Assembly: GCA_951406725.2 (NCBI GenBank) | Contig: OX597822.1 | Location: forward strand, 30,194,001-30,258,000 | From: Octopus vulgaris | Lineage: Eukaryota | Direction of reading: 5' to 3' | DNA length: 64,000 nt | Shown here: in pieces, positions 12,562 through 26,075 of the stretch | How the letters are laid out: the number at the start of each line of letters is the position of its first letter | How positions within the stretch are numbered: the stretch's first letter is position 1 | Program-made: the position numbers and the translations under genes | Notes under the pieces: generated by a model | Databases searched by the model: none | What the model was told of the DNA's origin: nothing | Seen by the model: only the letters and a program-made list of their open reading frames with translations

Positions 12562-12845
12562 GGAGGTACATGGCGTAGTAGTTAGAGCAGCGGATTCTCG
12601 GTCGAGGGATCGCATGTTCGAATCTCAGACTGGGCGATGTGTGTGTTTATGAGCAAAACACTTAAGCTCCATGCGGCTCCGGCAGAAGGTAATGGCGAAC
12701 TTCTGCTGACTCTTTCGCCACAATTTTCTCTCACTCTTTCCTCCTGCAACTTGCAGCTCACCTGCGACGGACTGGTGTCCCGTCCAGGTGGGGAACCTAT
12801 ACACCAAGGAAACCGAGAAACCGGCCCTGTGAGCCAGGCGTGGAC
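12562..12845 (+). mobile_element. SINE family B2
   Basis: B-type tRNA head and body, different tail (CGTCCAGGTGGGGAACC...GAAACCGGCC). Confidence 0.88.
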
Positions 12846-13304
12846 TAACTGGTTCGTCTTTCAAAGAGCAAGTAAAAGGTTCAAGTTATAGTCCAATTTG
12901 AATGATTTCATGTTATTTTCTCCCCTAACGTATAGATTCGGTCGTGATCAACTGTATCAGAGAGGATGGGGTTCTACCAAATTGTCTTGCTCCCATTCAT
13001 TAGTACGAAATATTCTGTGATAACTGTAGGAATTATTCCTCATCGCCAAATATTTATTCTTTTTAATATAACATATTATTTGGAGTGAACTGAAATATAT
13101 AAAATAACATAATCTCTATTTTAAATTTCTCGTAATCTCTATTTTAAATTTCGTTGGAACCACTGTCAGAATTATAAATATAAATTTTCAATCCAAAACG
13201 TTATATTTTACATTCATAAAACATTCGATAAAATCCGATTCTTTCGATAAAATCTTTCAAGATCATTTTGAATGACGCCTTCATAAAAGTCTGTGTAAAA
13301 CGTA

Positions 13305-13873
13305 TTGGGTTGTCCGGAAAGTTCGTGCCGATTTATAGCAGCTTACCTTTCGACTTATTTTACAACATGGTTGAGTCCATAAAATAGGATTTGACTACAC
13401 CTCCATTTAGAGCACAGTTTAAGCTACCTTTTCCTGGAAGAAGGTTTATGTTCCTATAACCTGTGTTAATTCTGTAACCCTTTAAAATCGCAGATAAGAA
13501 AGTTCATTTTCGGCACTTGATGCTTTGGGAACCAGACAAAAATTGCTGCATTTTGGCTGGGATGTGTTACCCCACTCTCCATATTCCCCAGATATTGCTC
13601 CTTCGGATTCACACTTATTCAGGTCTCTGCAGAATAGTCTTAATGGTAAAAATTTCAATTCCTTGGATGACGTAAAAAGATACCTAGATGAATTCTTTGC
13701 CATGAAACTACCTCAATTCTGGGAAGAGGGTATTTTCAAGTTAAAGGAAAGATGGAGACGCATTGTGCAACAAAATATTTCATATTCATATTGGGTTTTA
13801 AAATGTAATGGCAAGTATTTATTGACCTTTTTCTTTCCTTTAAAAATCGACACGAACTTTCCGGATAGCCCAA
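13305..13873 (+). mobile_element. Internally deleted mariner transposon
   Basis: 30-bp TIRs TTGGGTTGTCCGGAAAGTTCGTGCCGATTT (27/30), TA on both sides, transposase C-terminus LPHSPYSPDIAPSDSHLFRSLQNSL (YSPDLAP motif). Confidence 0.93.
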
Positions 13874-15700
13874 TATTTTCCAAGAATCTGGACTGTTTTA
13901 TCAAATTTTCTTATATTCATAAACGTAACTTTGCTTTAAACTCAGCACCTGGCCTCTGTTTCCAGCATTCGTGTCAGATTTCTGACCTAAGGATATATAA
14001 AAGATGGGATATGCGCATCACAGTCAATCTTGAAATATATGAGAGATAAAAATATGAGCATGGCATTGAAGCTTCCGCTGTAGTTATTAGAGAAATGAAA
14101 TAGGAAGAGTTAAAATCAAGCATTAAGTAGCATTTGACACTAATTACTGATATCGATTTCTGTCTTATTTGGGGCTTAAGATCACGAATATATAGTCAAG
14201 AGAAACGAATTTTTACGATATCCAGGATGATCTCAAATAAGTTGGCACCGCAGAGAACCAGTTGGGAAACCAGCTGCTAGACGTTTATTTTAGAAAATGT
14301 AACTTTCTATTTTTTTTTTTTTTTACAACGGTTTCTAAAAATGGCATTCGCCGATAATTATACAATTTTTAAAATTGTATAAAAGATTAGGATTAGTTGT
14401 CAAATATATATTGCATGCAATAAATAGATGCATGGAAATTTGTTACTAAACCGGTTTTATACCAAAAGATGACACCAATTCGACAGCTGCAATGATAAAC
14501 ATCTGAGGTATTGAATCATAAATTTGACACTTATTGCTGGTCAATACTAACAGCAATTATTTGGCATCTAGAAACATGTTACTCTTCGTGAGAACATTAC
14601 CACACCCTAGCAGGCATGTAAGCTGTTGCAATCTCCTGAATATCGAACATATTGTATGTAAACAAGAATTTTGTGTTGTTGGTTAACAGGCTGTTTGTCA
14701 AATAGCCAAAATATGAGTTCTACATTCATGTCTTAATATATAACATACTTGATAAAAATTAATAACGTATAAATTTATATCCATTTGGATAATTTGGATA
14801 GTGGAGGGAAGGATATAATCTTTTTGCAATTTTAATGCATGTATTTTCGAAAAAATTGTAGAGAGCTTTAATTATTTGAGCAGCAAATATAAGTTTTTTT
14901 TCAGATATTGAATAAAGATTATGAATTTCGAAGTTTGTTTACTTGATAGATCAACAAACTACCGTATATATTACTTTGGGTACAGTAGTATCCATGATCG
15001 AGGTATCTTAATTTCATTGTTCATGTAATTCGAAGCTAAACTGGTAATACTAAGCTTAAACGGAATGTTCTGTACATTATCATTAACTTTTTTCCGCTGT
15101 CTTTAAACACACAGTTAAGGTCCAATTGTGGTTTTAGCATTGAGAGAAATTAAATCCTCCAACTTAATTTAGTGCGGGTACCAATGTAAAGACGGATTCT
15201 GTAGCGGTAAAGTCCATTATCCAATGACCTATTATTTATTGGTTAAACAGATGAAGAAGGGATGTGATCTTAGCCTTTTCAGCCGCTCTTAAACCAGTGC
15301 AGCCGTACCATCGATGCAGCGCACATTTTCTAGGAATATCTTGATGTCAACATATATAAGGAAGGAGAATATTTATGTTAACTGTATAGTGTGGGGACTA
15401 GGAAGTGAGTTGCGACAGAGATGGCTATATGGCTATAGTAGGGCAAAGTAGATCGATATGTGAGCTAAATTTAAGAGATTTCTTATACTGTTGCAGAACT
15501 GGCGCTACGGACATGGAGAGTGAATCGTACCACACGTACCAGCTTCAAAGCATGTTAGTGTCATTGGTAAAATTAATTCCATTTAACATATGAAATTCTT
15601 TTTGAGACTCGGTTTCCCTGGTTTTTATCCCTTGATTTATGGCTATCATGTCGAAATTAGTATTAGTTAATGAATAACCGTTTGTGTATGAGTGTGTGTT

Positions 15701-15735
<35 letters not shown>

Positions 15736-17689
15736 GTAAAATAGCTGTTTTTAGGGAAAGATGCTGAGAAATATAATATTCTGCTTCAATAAAAGAGCTT
15801 AAATTGTGTAATATTGTATAAGTGACTTAAAAGAGGCTTGAACCTTCACCTCACTTTTATCTTACTTTTTACTTTACTGATTTAGTTTGGTAGAGGATCA
15901 CAGAACCATAGAGAAGTGAATAGATAGAGGGAAAATGAGATGGTACTGCTAATTAAACGGAAATATGAAAACTTCGATATTGGGTTTTTTAAAAGTTATA
16001 AATACAATGACTTGTCTTTTAGTATAGAAGAACAGACAATTGAATCAACCCCGGTAAGTTACCAGGAATTTACTTGTACATATGATACCGATCATCTCTG
16101 AAGAAAGAAAGAAAGAGAATGACACCAGCGGCATTTGAACCGAGAACCTAAAAGAATAAGGTCTTAACGTTTCTGCAAATCATGCTTGATGTATGTATAT
16201 GTGTAGGTACATTTGTCAGTGTCCGAAACCGTCTTTATATTTACCGTTATGAAATCAGTTTTTAGTCACAAAATATAATTTATCGGATTGATGAAACACG
16301 TTAATTAAATAAATATCGAAACTGACGTAGGTACTGTGGTTGATGTTATCGTCTAAGACTTTTATTGACAGTTACTCAGCATGGTCGCAGTCCAATAACT
16401 GACAACCAGTATAAGAATAAAAGAAAATTAAAAGAATAACTTGAAGCTATCTTCGATGCAAGAAGCGTTTTATAACTAACGAATGTCTAGTTAGTTTATA
16501 ATTCGGAGTACCTAAGTTTTGTGGGTAGGGAATTCAATAGTCAATAGGAGCTTCCATACCTCTTACGTACGTCACTTTCGATTTAAGTAAGTAATTAAAT
16601 TCCGTTTCAAACCCTAATTAAAATATACGACTTTCAATGGAATTCATATGTGAATGACACGATGAGAAAAAAAGGTGTAAACTTCTTTCAGGTCTTCTCA
16701 TTTGTTTTACATAATATGCAGAACACATGGTCTGTTTCTTTCGAATCCTCAATGAGGAGAACATTAATTGTATGCCACACTCATTTCATACAAAATGTGC
16801 TATTGTTATAATAAGTTCAAATACTTGCTCACTTGCATCTCAATTTACTCCTCTCTTTCTCTCAACTCCTTTTCTTTCTCTGGAGTTGCAATGCTCTTCT
16901 CACTCCTTCTCGATCCCACCTCTCTCTCTCTGTGCCTGTCTTTGTATGTGTGCCCTTTATTATTTTCCTTTATATAATATTCGTTTATTATCGTTTACTG
17001 AATGTACTTAAACAATATAAACCATTGTTGTAGACATGATTCATTCACACCATACATTAGTAATTAGAATAATTTAATTCCTTCCTTCTCTAATAAATGC
17101 AACACTGTTTAATATGAAACCGACAACTGACCGGTGAATTACCTGCCTTCTCTGCACATCACGTGTGTTGATGGTCTGGTAGCAGTAACATTAATAAATC
17201 CAACCTAGAGAGTTGCAACTCATATTCCGGCCAGCGCTGTTGAACATATCGTATCGATCGCTGTATTATTATTATTTTATTATTTTTTTTACTTGCTCTT
17301 GGAATACCTTTCTCAGGTGTATTAATCAACATTTCATAATCAATATACAGCAGAGCAATACAATGGAATAGTGGGAACATTACCAATGCAATTTAGATTG
17401 TTATTATCATTGGGAGTTACAGGTGCATCTAGAGAAAAATTTCCACAATAATGCACTAAACGCAGGATAGATCAACCACCACAAAGCCTACCCACACCCG
17501 TTAATTCTACAATTAGAACAATTATAATTATCACAATAACCAGCATCACCATAACTATCGCATCACCACTACCGCCACATTTCATTCGAAGTAACACTAT
17601 CGGTATTTCCAGAATGAATACAGCTCTAACGTCAATCGCATCGAAAATGTCCGAAGATCCTTAGTATTTTCCCAAATTTAAAAGACCAG

Positions 17690-17864
17690 AGGCACGGGCG
17701 TGGATCTGTGGTAAGAGATTTACTTCTCAACCACGTAATTTCCAGTTCGGTCCCACCGCGTAGAAACTTGGGAAAGTGTCTCCTATAATAGCCCTAGGAG
17801 AACCTTGGCCTTGTGAGTGGATTTGGCAGACGGAAACTGAAAGAAGCTCAAACATATATATATG

Positions 17865-17898
<34 letters not shown>

Positions 17899-18207
17899 TG
17901 TATGTATGTATGTATGTATGTATGTATGTATGTATGTATGTATGTGTATGTATATGTATGCATATATATGTATGCATGTATATGTGTGTGTGTGTGCGTG
18001 TGGGTGTGTATGTCTCTTACCACTGCTTAAAAACCGGTGTTGGTGTATTTACGCCTTCGTTATGTAGTGGTTCGGCAAAGAAGCCCGATACATTAAGTGC
18101 TAAGTTTTAAAAGATAAGTACTGGATTTTTGTTCACCCGAAAATTAGTAAAGGCGGTGTCACATCATGCCTTCAGTTAAATGACTGAAACAAGTAAAGGA
18201 TAAAAGA
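17690..18207 (+). mobile_element. SINE family A, diverged
   Basis: CCTTGTGAGTGGATTTGGCAGACGGAAACTGAAAGAAGC, internal (TATG)n, tail GACTGAAACAAGTAAA. Confidence 0.85.
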
Positions 18208-18679
18208 TCTCCAATTATATGATTTTACCTTGTATTCGAACCCTCATTGGATTCACGAGGAACCGTCGTGTCATGCATCGCGCCTTGAGCATTCTTAGAC
18301 TTGGTGAGTCGATCCTTCTTTAGGTCAGCAGGGAGCTGATTACTTTCAGATAAACAGGCACATGCATGCGCGCGCACGAGAAAGAGTAAGTGAGAGTGTA
18401 TGAGATCGACCTCAGTATTGGACTGGCGATCTATTATCGAAATCAAAAGAATAGAGGCAAAAATGATTTCGGCGAGAGAAGAATTGAATGGTCAACGAGC
18501 TGGAACGAACACCGCAAGGCAATCCATCCTTCGGACGTTCTAATAATTCTGCCAATTTCCATTTTATTATTGATGTATACATCCTCAAAAGAATTCTAAA
18601 AATAGACACCGATATAAATTTGATCACCTCTAGCGTAGCTTTTATATGTAAAGGTTGAATTAAGCAAAGCTTCTTTATG

Positions 18680-18729
<50 letters not shown>

Positions 18730-19409
18730 ATGTGTGTGTGCGTGCATGTGTGTGTGCGTGTGTGTGAATGTATGTGTATATATACATTATATACATGCAC
18801 GTATATATATATATGTATTTATCTATAATACGTTAAAAGTTAGTTTCAATCTTGCCTGCTTGCTTGCTTGTAATGTTACTCAGCGAAACTGGCGCATAAT
18901 GGGAAAATACCCTGAATTAAGTTTACCCTGAAATGTTAATACGAATTGAATGAAGCAAGTTTTTCGTAAATCGGTAAAGTAGTTTTCAAGATATTAGAGA
19001 TTTTCGGATCAAACACTTTCTAACCGTAACTATCTCGACGTATTTAGGGATATTCAAGTCTATATTATTTAAAGCGCTCATTCCTTATCTACAATAAAAT
19101 GTGATATGAGGAAGATTTCTGTTGCTCATTCAAAGATATGGTACGCTACTGTAGGCTCTTCGTCGATGACACGTTTAATGTTTGCTGAGATAAAACAAAA
19201 CATTCCAACAGTAAAACAACTAACCACGACCATCACTGACAATCAAGGTTGGTTGTCATTGTAGTAAATGTACGATGCTTTCGCTAATTGTTTTAGGTGC
19301 TCGCTTTACCACGAACTGACACCCTGTCGATCTTGTTACCTTGGATCCATAGAAACATCCAGACTGTGCTAGCTAGAGAGAGAGAGAGAGAGGTGGGGGA
19401 AGGGACTGT

Positions 19410-19950
19410 GCCAGCACCGAATAGGTACTTTATGAATCACGAAAAGCTGAAAGTTGAACTCGACGGGATTTGAACACTGATCTAGAAAAAATACCTTATT
19501 GTTTACTACCCACAAGGGTAGTAAACACAGAGAGGACAAACAAGGACAGACAAACGGATTAAGTCGATTGTATCGACCCCAGTGCGTAAATGGTACTTAT
19601 TTAATCGACCCCGAAAGGATGAAAAGCAAAGTCGACCTCGGCGGAATTTGAACTCTGATCTAGAAGAAATACCTAATTGTTTACTACCCACAAGGGGCTT
19701 AACACAGAGAGGACAAACAAGGACAGACAAACAGATTAAGTCGATTGTATCGACCCCAGTGCGTAAATGGTACTTATTTAATCGACCCCGAAAGGCAAAG
19801 TCGACCTCGGCGGAATTTGAACTCAGAACGTAGCAGCAGACGAAATACCACTATGCACTTCGCCCGGCGTGCTAACGATTCTGCCAGCTCGCCGCCTTCT
19901 AGAAGAAATACCGCAATGCGTTTTATACGCGACGTCTTAACGACTCTTGT
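19410..19950 (-). mobile_element. Nested and tandemly duplicated SINE family C copies
   Basis: 15-mer TCTAGAA(A/G)AAATACC occurs three times (19481, 19659, 19898). Confidence 0.9.
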
Positions 19951-22304
19951 CAGTCAACAACCTTACGCTACAAACTATTATGTCGCATATAAATCTGGTG
20001 ATTTACCCTTTTCCGTCAACTCGCAGCTTGTTATTATTGGTTTCTCAATCAATAAGCAAAACACCTTTACAAAGAAATAAATACCATATTTTATTGTTAT
20101 TTTTGTACCAGAAAAGTCATTTAGTACACAATATTTACTCAAATTAATATCTTTAAGTAGACAGTTTCACACATTAATTATTTCATTCATTCTGTATTCG
20201 GAGTGGGAAAACTAGCTTCTTTATAAGTTTGCTAAATAGATTCTTGAATAACTTATGATATTGATGAGATGTTGATGAAATTATTATTGATTGCTAATAA
20301 AAGGTACAAAGCCACAATGTTGGGAAATGGAATAGTCAATTATAACACTCCCAACACTTACTTGACTTCTGCTTATTTTATAGATTCCAGAAGGGTGAAA
20401 GGTTACGTCGAAATTATTGAGTTTCAAACTTACGACATAAAAAGGGCTATCTAAATGAAGGTACTTTGCTCGGTGCAGTAGCACAAAATAGGGTTTCGCA
20501 TATGTAATACAGTGAGTTAAAAAAATTTCCATTAGTAGAGATTATCCTTAAAATTAGGGGCCAAATCTTACCCTGGAATTTTTTTTTTTAATCTAAAAAA
20601 AAAAAAGCCCCATCAGACAAGGGAGTTAACTCCACTAATGTAAATCCAACGAAATTTTTGGAAAACAAATTCAATGCAGAGCGGATTATGTTTTTAAAAC
20701 TAGGTTCTGAAAACAAAGGACATGCTTCGATCTTACAAAATCTCTACAGTGAATCAAATTCAGTTTAGCTGGCAACTTTTGGAAAACTTTGGGGCTACAG
20801 CTCCGGATTTCTCAATATGAAGGTAATTTGGTTGACAGAACACCGAAAACCCATCGTACACACACACACACACACACACACACGCACGCACGCACACAAT
20901 CATTTATAAACCTAAATTGCTACAGGAGCGAGTAAAAATCTTTGAATCCGGCTGGCTCACAAACACATACACACATATATACATTTTATAAGGAGTGATC
21001 GGAACTCTAAGCCGCTCCTGGAGCCACCCCAGCTAAAAATAGGTCACATGTCTTCTGCTCTACGTATTGAGCTCCCTTCCTCCCATTCATAAAAAACCAG
21101 GCGTATCTGCATGTATATGTTCTTTGCCACCCGATCAGTCTGTTTGGTGAGAAGGGAGTTTTGTTCTACTCATTAGCCATGATTGAGCTGCAGCTTAATA
21201 CGGTAGCAGAGACCACATTTTGTGTTGGAAAATAGCTTTTCCAGTAACATTAGAGTGGCCTCTCTCGGACGGAAGCAATTCGAAAGGAGTAGAGAGCAAC
21301 ATCTGTGGCGGGAATTTAACGCCTGTTTGGCTGAAAGAATTCCCTTAGAAATTCCACTCCAAGTATGTTATGAGGTTTACTTTCCAGGCTTTACTCCTTC
21401 CATATTTACAACTAGCTGGGGTTCTATAACTTTAGTCAGGGGTCCAGCCTAGTTACTGTCCGCCAGAACCAACTGAATCCAGGAATCATGTCACTAAGGA
21501 TTTCAGAAATGCAATGAACAAGGGATTGATTTTTTTGGCAACTTGTAATCAACCACGCTATTGTTCACAATGTGCAATATAAATTGAATAAGTAATTTAA
21601 AATTTGTGATATTCTTACTGATGTTACTACATGAGCAGTGGAATTGAAAGTAGTTTTAGCTGAAGGTGGAAAACTTATTATAAGATCTGTTAGCCGATAA
21701 AGTGACAGTCCCTCTGAATACCAAACCGTTAAAGATTAACTATCAATCAACCCCCGCCGACACACACACACACCTCCACGAATTTTCAAATCAACACCCG
21801 TCTGTTACCTCATTGAACTCGGAAAAACTTCAGTAACCAACTATTAGAATGATTAAGTTAATGAGTTCTTAATTACTAAAAATTAAACGTAAAAGCGTTG
21901 CCTTACCCAATGGAAAACTAATTTATGAATTATATATGGTTATTTAATTTCATTCACAGGATATTACAAAGTATATTGATACTGTAGTTTGACTTAATTT
22001 ATATATTTGTATGTGAGGATTGTCTGTATTGAATTCAGTAAAACCTGCTGTTTGCTTTAATTGATGCCATAGATGTTCAATGCAGTGTCAACTGCGGTGC
22101 GAATTGAACTTAAAACATAAGTAAGAAAGACCTTTAATACGGGGCGTAACCATTCACATGCTTCTGTTAAATTAAATATTGATTTCATCATAAGAGGACA
22201 CATTTTTGTGTGAAGAATGTTGTCGATTGAATCAATCAGAGTATTCGAGTGTCACTTCTTTTATTGTAACCATTTAAATGAAGTTGGAACCATTAAAATG
22301 GTGT

Positions 22305-22340
<36 letters not shown>

Positions 22341-22344
<4 letters not shown>

Positions 22345-22499
22345 GAGTGGCTGTGTGGTAAGTAGCTTGTTTACCAACCACATGGTTCCGGGTTCAGTCC
22401 CACTGCGTGGCACCTTGGGCAACTGCCTTCTACTATAGCATCGGGCCGACCAAAGCCTTGTGAGTGGATTTGGTAGATAGAAACTGAAAGAAGCCTGTC

Positions 22500-22564
<65 letters not shown>

Positions 22565-22783
22565 CGTGTATGTTTGTGTGTCTGTGTTTGTCCCTCTAGC
22601 ATTGCTTGACAACCAATGCTGGTGTGTTTATGTCCCCGTCACTTAGCGGTTCGGCAAAAGAGACCGACAGAATAGGTACTGGGTTTACAAAGAATAAGTC
22701 CCGGGGTCGAGTTGCTCGATTAAAGGCGGTGCTCCAGCATGGCCACAGTCAAATGACTGAAACAAGTAAAAGAGTAAAAGAGT
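22341..22783 (+). mobile_element. SINE family A, near-consensus full-length copy
   Basis: A-box-like TGGCTGTGTGG, B-box-like GGTTCAGTCC, internal (TA)n(TG)n, (TAAAAGAG)n tail. Confidence 0.92.
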
Positions 22784-22835
22784 ATATATATATATACATA
22801 TATATATATACATACACACACACACACACACACAC

Positions 22836-22892
<57 letters not shown>

Positions 22893-22896
<4 letters not shown>

Positions 22897-23098
22897 AATG
22901 TGACCGCGTGTGTACCGTTGGCGATTTTTTTCCCTCTGTCTTCCCTTCTCTGGATTTTTCCTTCTCTTATGTTTCTGACGAAGAGCTCCGCTCGAAACGT
23001 TAAACCCTCCTTCTTTCCTGAGCGTCCAATAATACTATATTTGTTCCACGTCCTCGCGTTGTTGTGTTTTTTTTGTGCTTTCATGTTTGGATTAACTA
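22893..23098 (+). mobile_element. About 200-bp hammerhead-bearing element (Penelope pLTR/retrozyme-like), family H1
   Basis: Flanked by (TA)n both sides; homologous to 45930-46078 and 56227-56418 (shared CCTGAGCGTCC...CCACGTCCTC). Confidence 0.7.
22971..23005 (+). ncRNA. Minimal type-I hammerhead ribozyme (intact core), Penelope-like-element type
   Basis: GUUU-CUGACGA-A-GAGC(UCC)GCUC-GAA-AC/GU-U-AAAC: stem I GUUU/AAAC, stem II GAGC/GCUC, palindromic ACGU stem III, predicted cleavage after U23001. Confidence 0.8.
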
Positions 23099-23159
23099 TA
23101 TATATATATATCTTACACACATATAGACACACGTTTTCGTCTATATACGTAATTATGCT

Positions 23160-23515
23160 CTCTACTACAGGCACAAAACCTGGAATTATGGGGGACGGGG
23201 TAGTATATCGATTTTATCGACCCCAGCACTCAACTGGTTCGTAATTCATCGACCCCCGAAAGGATGAAAGACAGAGATTTTTTTTACCTCGGCGGTATTG
23301 GAACTTAGAACGTAAATACGGACGAAATGCCGCTAAGCATTTCGTCCAGCGTGCTAACGATTCTGTCAGCTCGCCGCCTTATCCATATCTGCAATAACAA
23401 TTTCAAATTTTGGCGCATGCTCAGTAAGTTCGAATTGAACTCAGAACGTAATGACGGACGAAATGCTTCTAAGTATTTTTGTCCGGCGTGCTAAACGTTC
23501 AGCGAGTTCGCCGCT
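23160..23515 (-). mobile_element. SINE family C, one full plus one partial copy
   Basis: GAACTCAGAACGTAA...GCTCGCCGCCTT-type motifs twice. Confidence 0.8.
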
Positions 23516-24179
23516 CTATCTATATTTGTAATATTGATAGACAGCTATTTTGCTATGATCTGTACTTAACTGACTTATTCCGAGTGTGCATAAATTAAAT
23601 GACATAATCCAGCTTGCTTAAGCAGAATACAAGAAAATGTTACTAGTAAATATTCATCGATCACTATTTCCTATCTTTGTATCGAATTTGCAGTTAATGT
23701 CGTAAAATCGATTCCATTCGCCATCTCAGTCTGGATCGCTTCATAATGTAAAATGCTAAGCTCAGCTAGGCACGAACGACATCGTCTTCACTACTTGGTC
23801 TTCTTGTATATAAACAATTGTTTGTAGGATTTGCTTCGTGAAACGTTATGAGTTTGTAAAGCTTAATTAAGAAAAGCAATTGTATTCAACCGGTAATAGA
23901 AACCGGCTCTTAGATTGGATAGCTAGTGTTCCACAACGACCGGAAAAGAAATTTATAGAGAACATTCACGGAATTCAAGAGAACACACACACAAAAAGAA
24001 AATAAAAAGAAATGAAATGATATATAATGGATGACGTTTCAAATACTGTTTTTAATCACGCAGAACTTTCTCTAATCTGTCTTAGTGTTTTATTAAATAG
24101 GGTTTCTGATTAATGTGGGTTTCAGCAATTTGATTCGATGAGTAAAGGATTGAAAAGTCGACAGTGGTATGCTTTTTTG

Positions 24180-24540
24180 CCCTTTTATTTTCTGTGTGCA
24201 GAGGAAGAGGCAGTGTCCATGGTTTTAGCAGAATCTCTGCGGCAGGTGAGGTCGACTCCGTTAATGGGACGACTTGAGCAGGGAGAATGTTCCAGAAGGC
24301 CCTTGGAATGAAGAACATGGTCGGGGTGGGGTGGACACTACAAGTGCTACGGGTGGATTAGGTGTGCATTGGTGGACGATGTACAAGACCTGCCATCTCC
24401 GACAAACGGAAACGATTATGGAAGCGGTAGAAAAGGTGGAGAGAAGTGACAGGACATTTGTAGCCCAGTTTCCGAACCTGTCTGTAAGCTCCCTAGCTCT
24501 CTCTTGATGTGGTGCACGCCGTCTTTGTGCATAGCAGCAC
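24180..24540 (-). mobile_element. LINE ORF2 C-terminal relic (CR1/L2 group, Daphne-like)
   Basis: SLHLFYRFHNRFRLSEMAGLV and FFIPRAFWNILPAQVVP resemble LFYRYYxGxCSxEL...FFPRTxxLWNSLP termini. Confidence 0.65.
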
Positions 24541-25149
24541 CACCAGCCTATATGCGAGGATCATACATCATCGGGAAGTTCATTGAAGCTTTGCTATAAC
24601 CATGACTTCCATCCTTTCCTTCAATAAAAACTATTCAGTTGCTATTATTCAAGTACTTCTCAGAAAAATTGAGTCAAACGGCTGTTATAATTCATCGAAT
24701 TCTAAGAACCAACAAAGAAGCCATCTCTGTGGCTGTTGATCTGCTGGAGATAGGAGAGATTAATCTTTCCCAAAAGCACAATTCACTGTCTTAGATAAAG
24801 AAGTAAAACTTATCAGCTAATAATGGTCCTTGATACACTCTTCTTGATGATAGAAGACAAAATGATCGCAGCTTAAAGACGTTTCAACCGTAGTTTACTC
24901 AATCATTATCTTTTCTCTACTCTAGGAACAAGCCGCGAAATTTTTGGGGAGGGGGGCCATTCAATTAGACCGACCCCAGTACACAGCTGGTACTTAATTT
25001 ATCGACCCCGAAAGGCAAGGTATGTACATATGTGTGCGTATATATATATATACACACACATACATATATATGCTTTTCTACATTCCCCTTTATATATATA
25101 TATATAAGTTATATACATACATGCATACATACATACACACATATAATAC

Positions 25150-25292
25150 AAGCGGGTGCTTAGAAAACCTGCAGAACCGCTGCAATAAGTCTGTGGATCT
25201 GAGAGGGGAACATATTGAGTGTAATCATAATTAACTGAGATTCCTGTATATTCCTTTACCCAAAGCCAGGATATTTTGAGACCCCTTCGTCG
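25150..25292 (+). mobile_element. Mariner 3' end fragment
   Basis: LQNRCNKSVDLRGEHIE resembles mariner C-terminal RWxKCVxxxGxYVE, followed by a TIR-like end; homologous to 32150-32238. Confidence 0.6.
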
Positions 25293-25299
25293 GTATAGT

Positions 25300-25350
<51 letters not shown>

Positions 25351-25704
25351 CATTCAACCACTTACACTCAGGCGTGCTCGCACAATATATATTTCCAAAC
25401 TCCACAGTATGGAAGAGGCAATTCAAGTGAGAGGTGCCAAACAAGCTGTGTATTTATTCACATTACGTACGTGAAACGTATCTGCTTTATATTATGAAGC
25501 ATATTTCAAAATGTTTCTCTTATAATACTTGTCGGTCTTCAAATTAGGTTGACATTTTATTCATTGACAATGTGATTCGAGGTAATTAGACTAAAATATA
25601 ACATCTGTCTGATGTTATCATACTTTCCTGTCTCCATTTGAATGCCCTGATAATAATTTCAACTATATAGTTAACTATTCTTCTATATATAAAAAAGGAA
25701 GAGT

Positions 25705-25745
<41 letters not shown>

Positions 25746-26036
25746 GGAGAGAGAGAGAGATAGAGAGAGCGAAATATATTAATAAAGTAGGTTAACCATT
25801 TTATTTCCCCTACAGATACAAATGAGACAGAGAGTTATATACATATATATACACATACATGCGTACATACATACATACATACATACATACATACATACAT
25901 ACATGCATGCATACACACATATATATCTGTTTATATGTATATATTTATATATATATGTTCATATATATATATATGTTTATATATACATATATATATATAC
26001 ATAGTATATATATATATATATGTAATATATATGTCA

Positions 26037-26075
<39 letters not shown>

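Noticed and set aside
13525-14049. 174-aa ORF as a functional transposase or host gene
   Set aside because: Only the C-terminal third of the catalytic domain; the ORF runs through the TIR into flank.
15170-15600. Possible decayed RT or exon sequence
   Set aside because: No motif or splice pair I can support.
21030-21490. GC-richer unique stretch, possible LINE relic (ILGVEF on minus strand)
   Set aside because: A single weak motif only.
22606-23244. 212-aa ORF
   Set aside because: Reads through a SINE tail, microsatellite, hammerhead element and another SINE.
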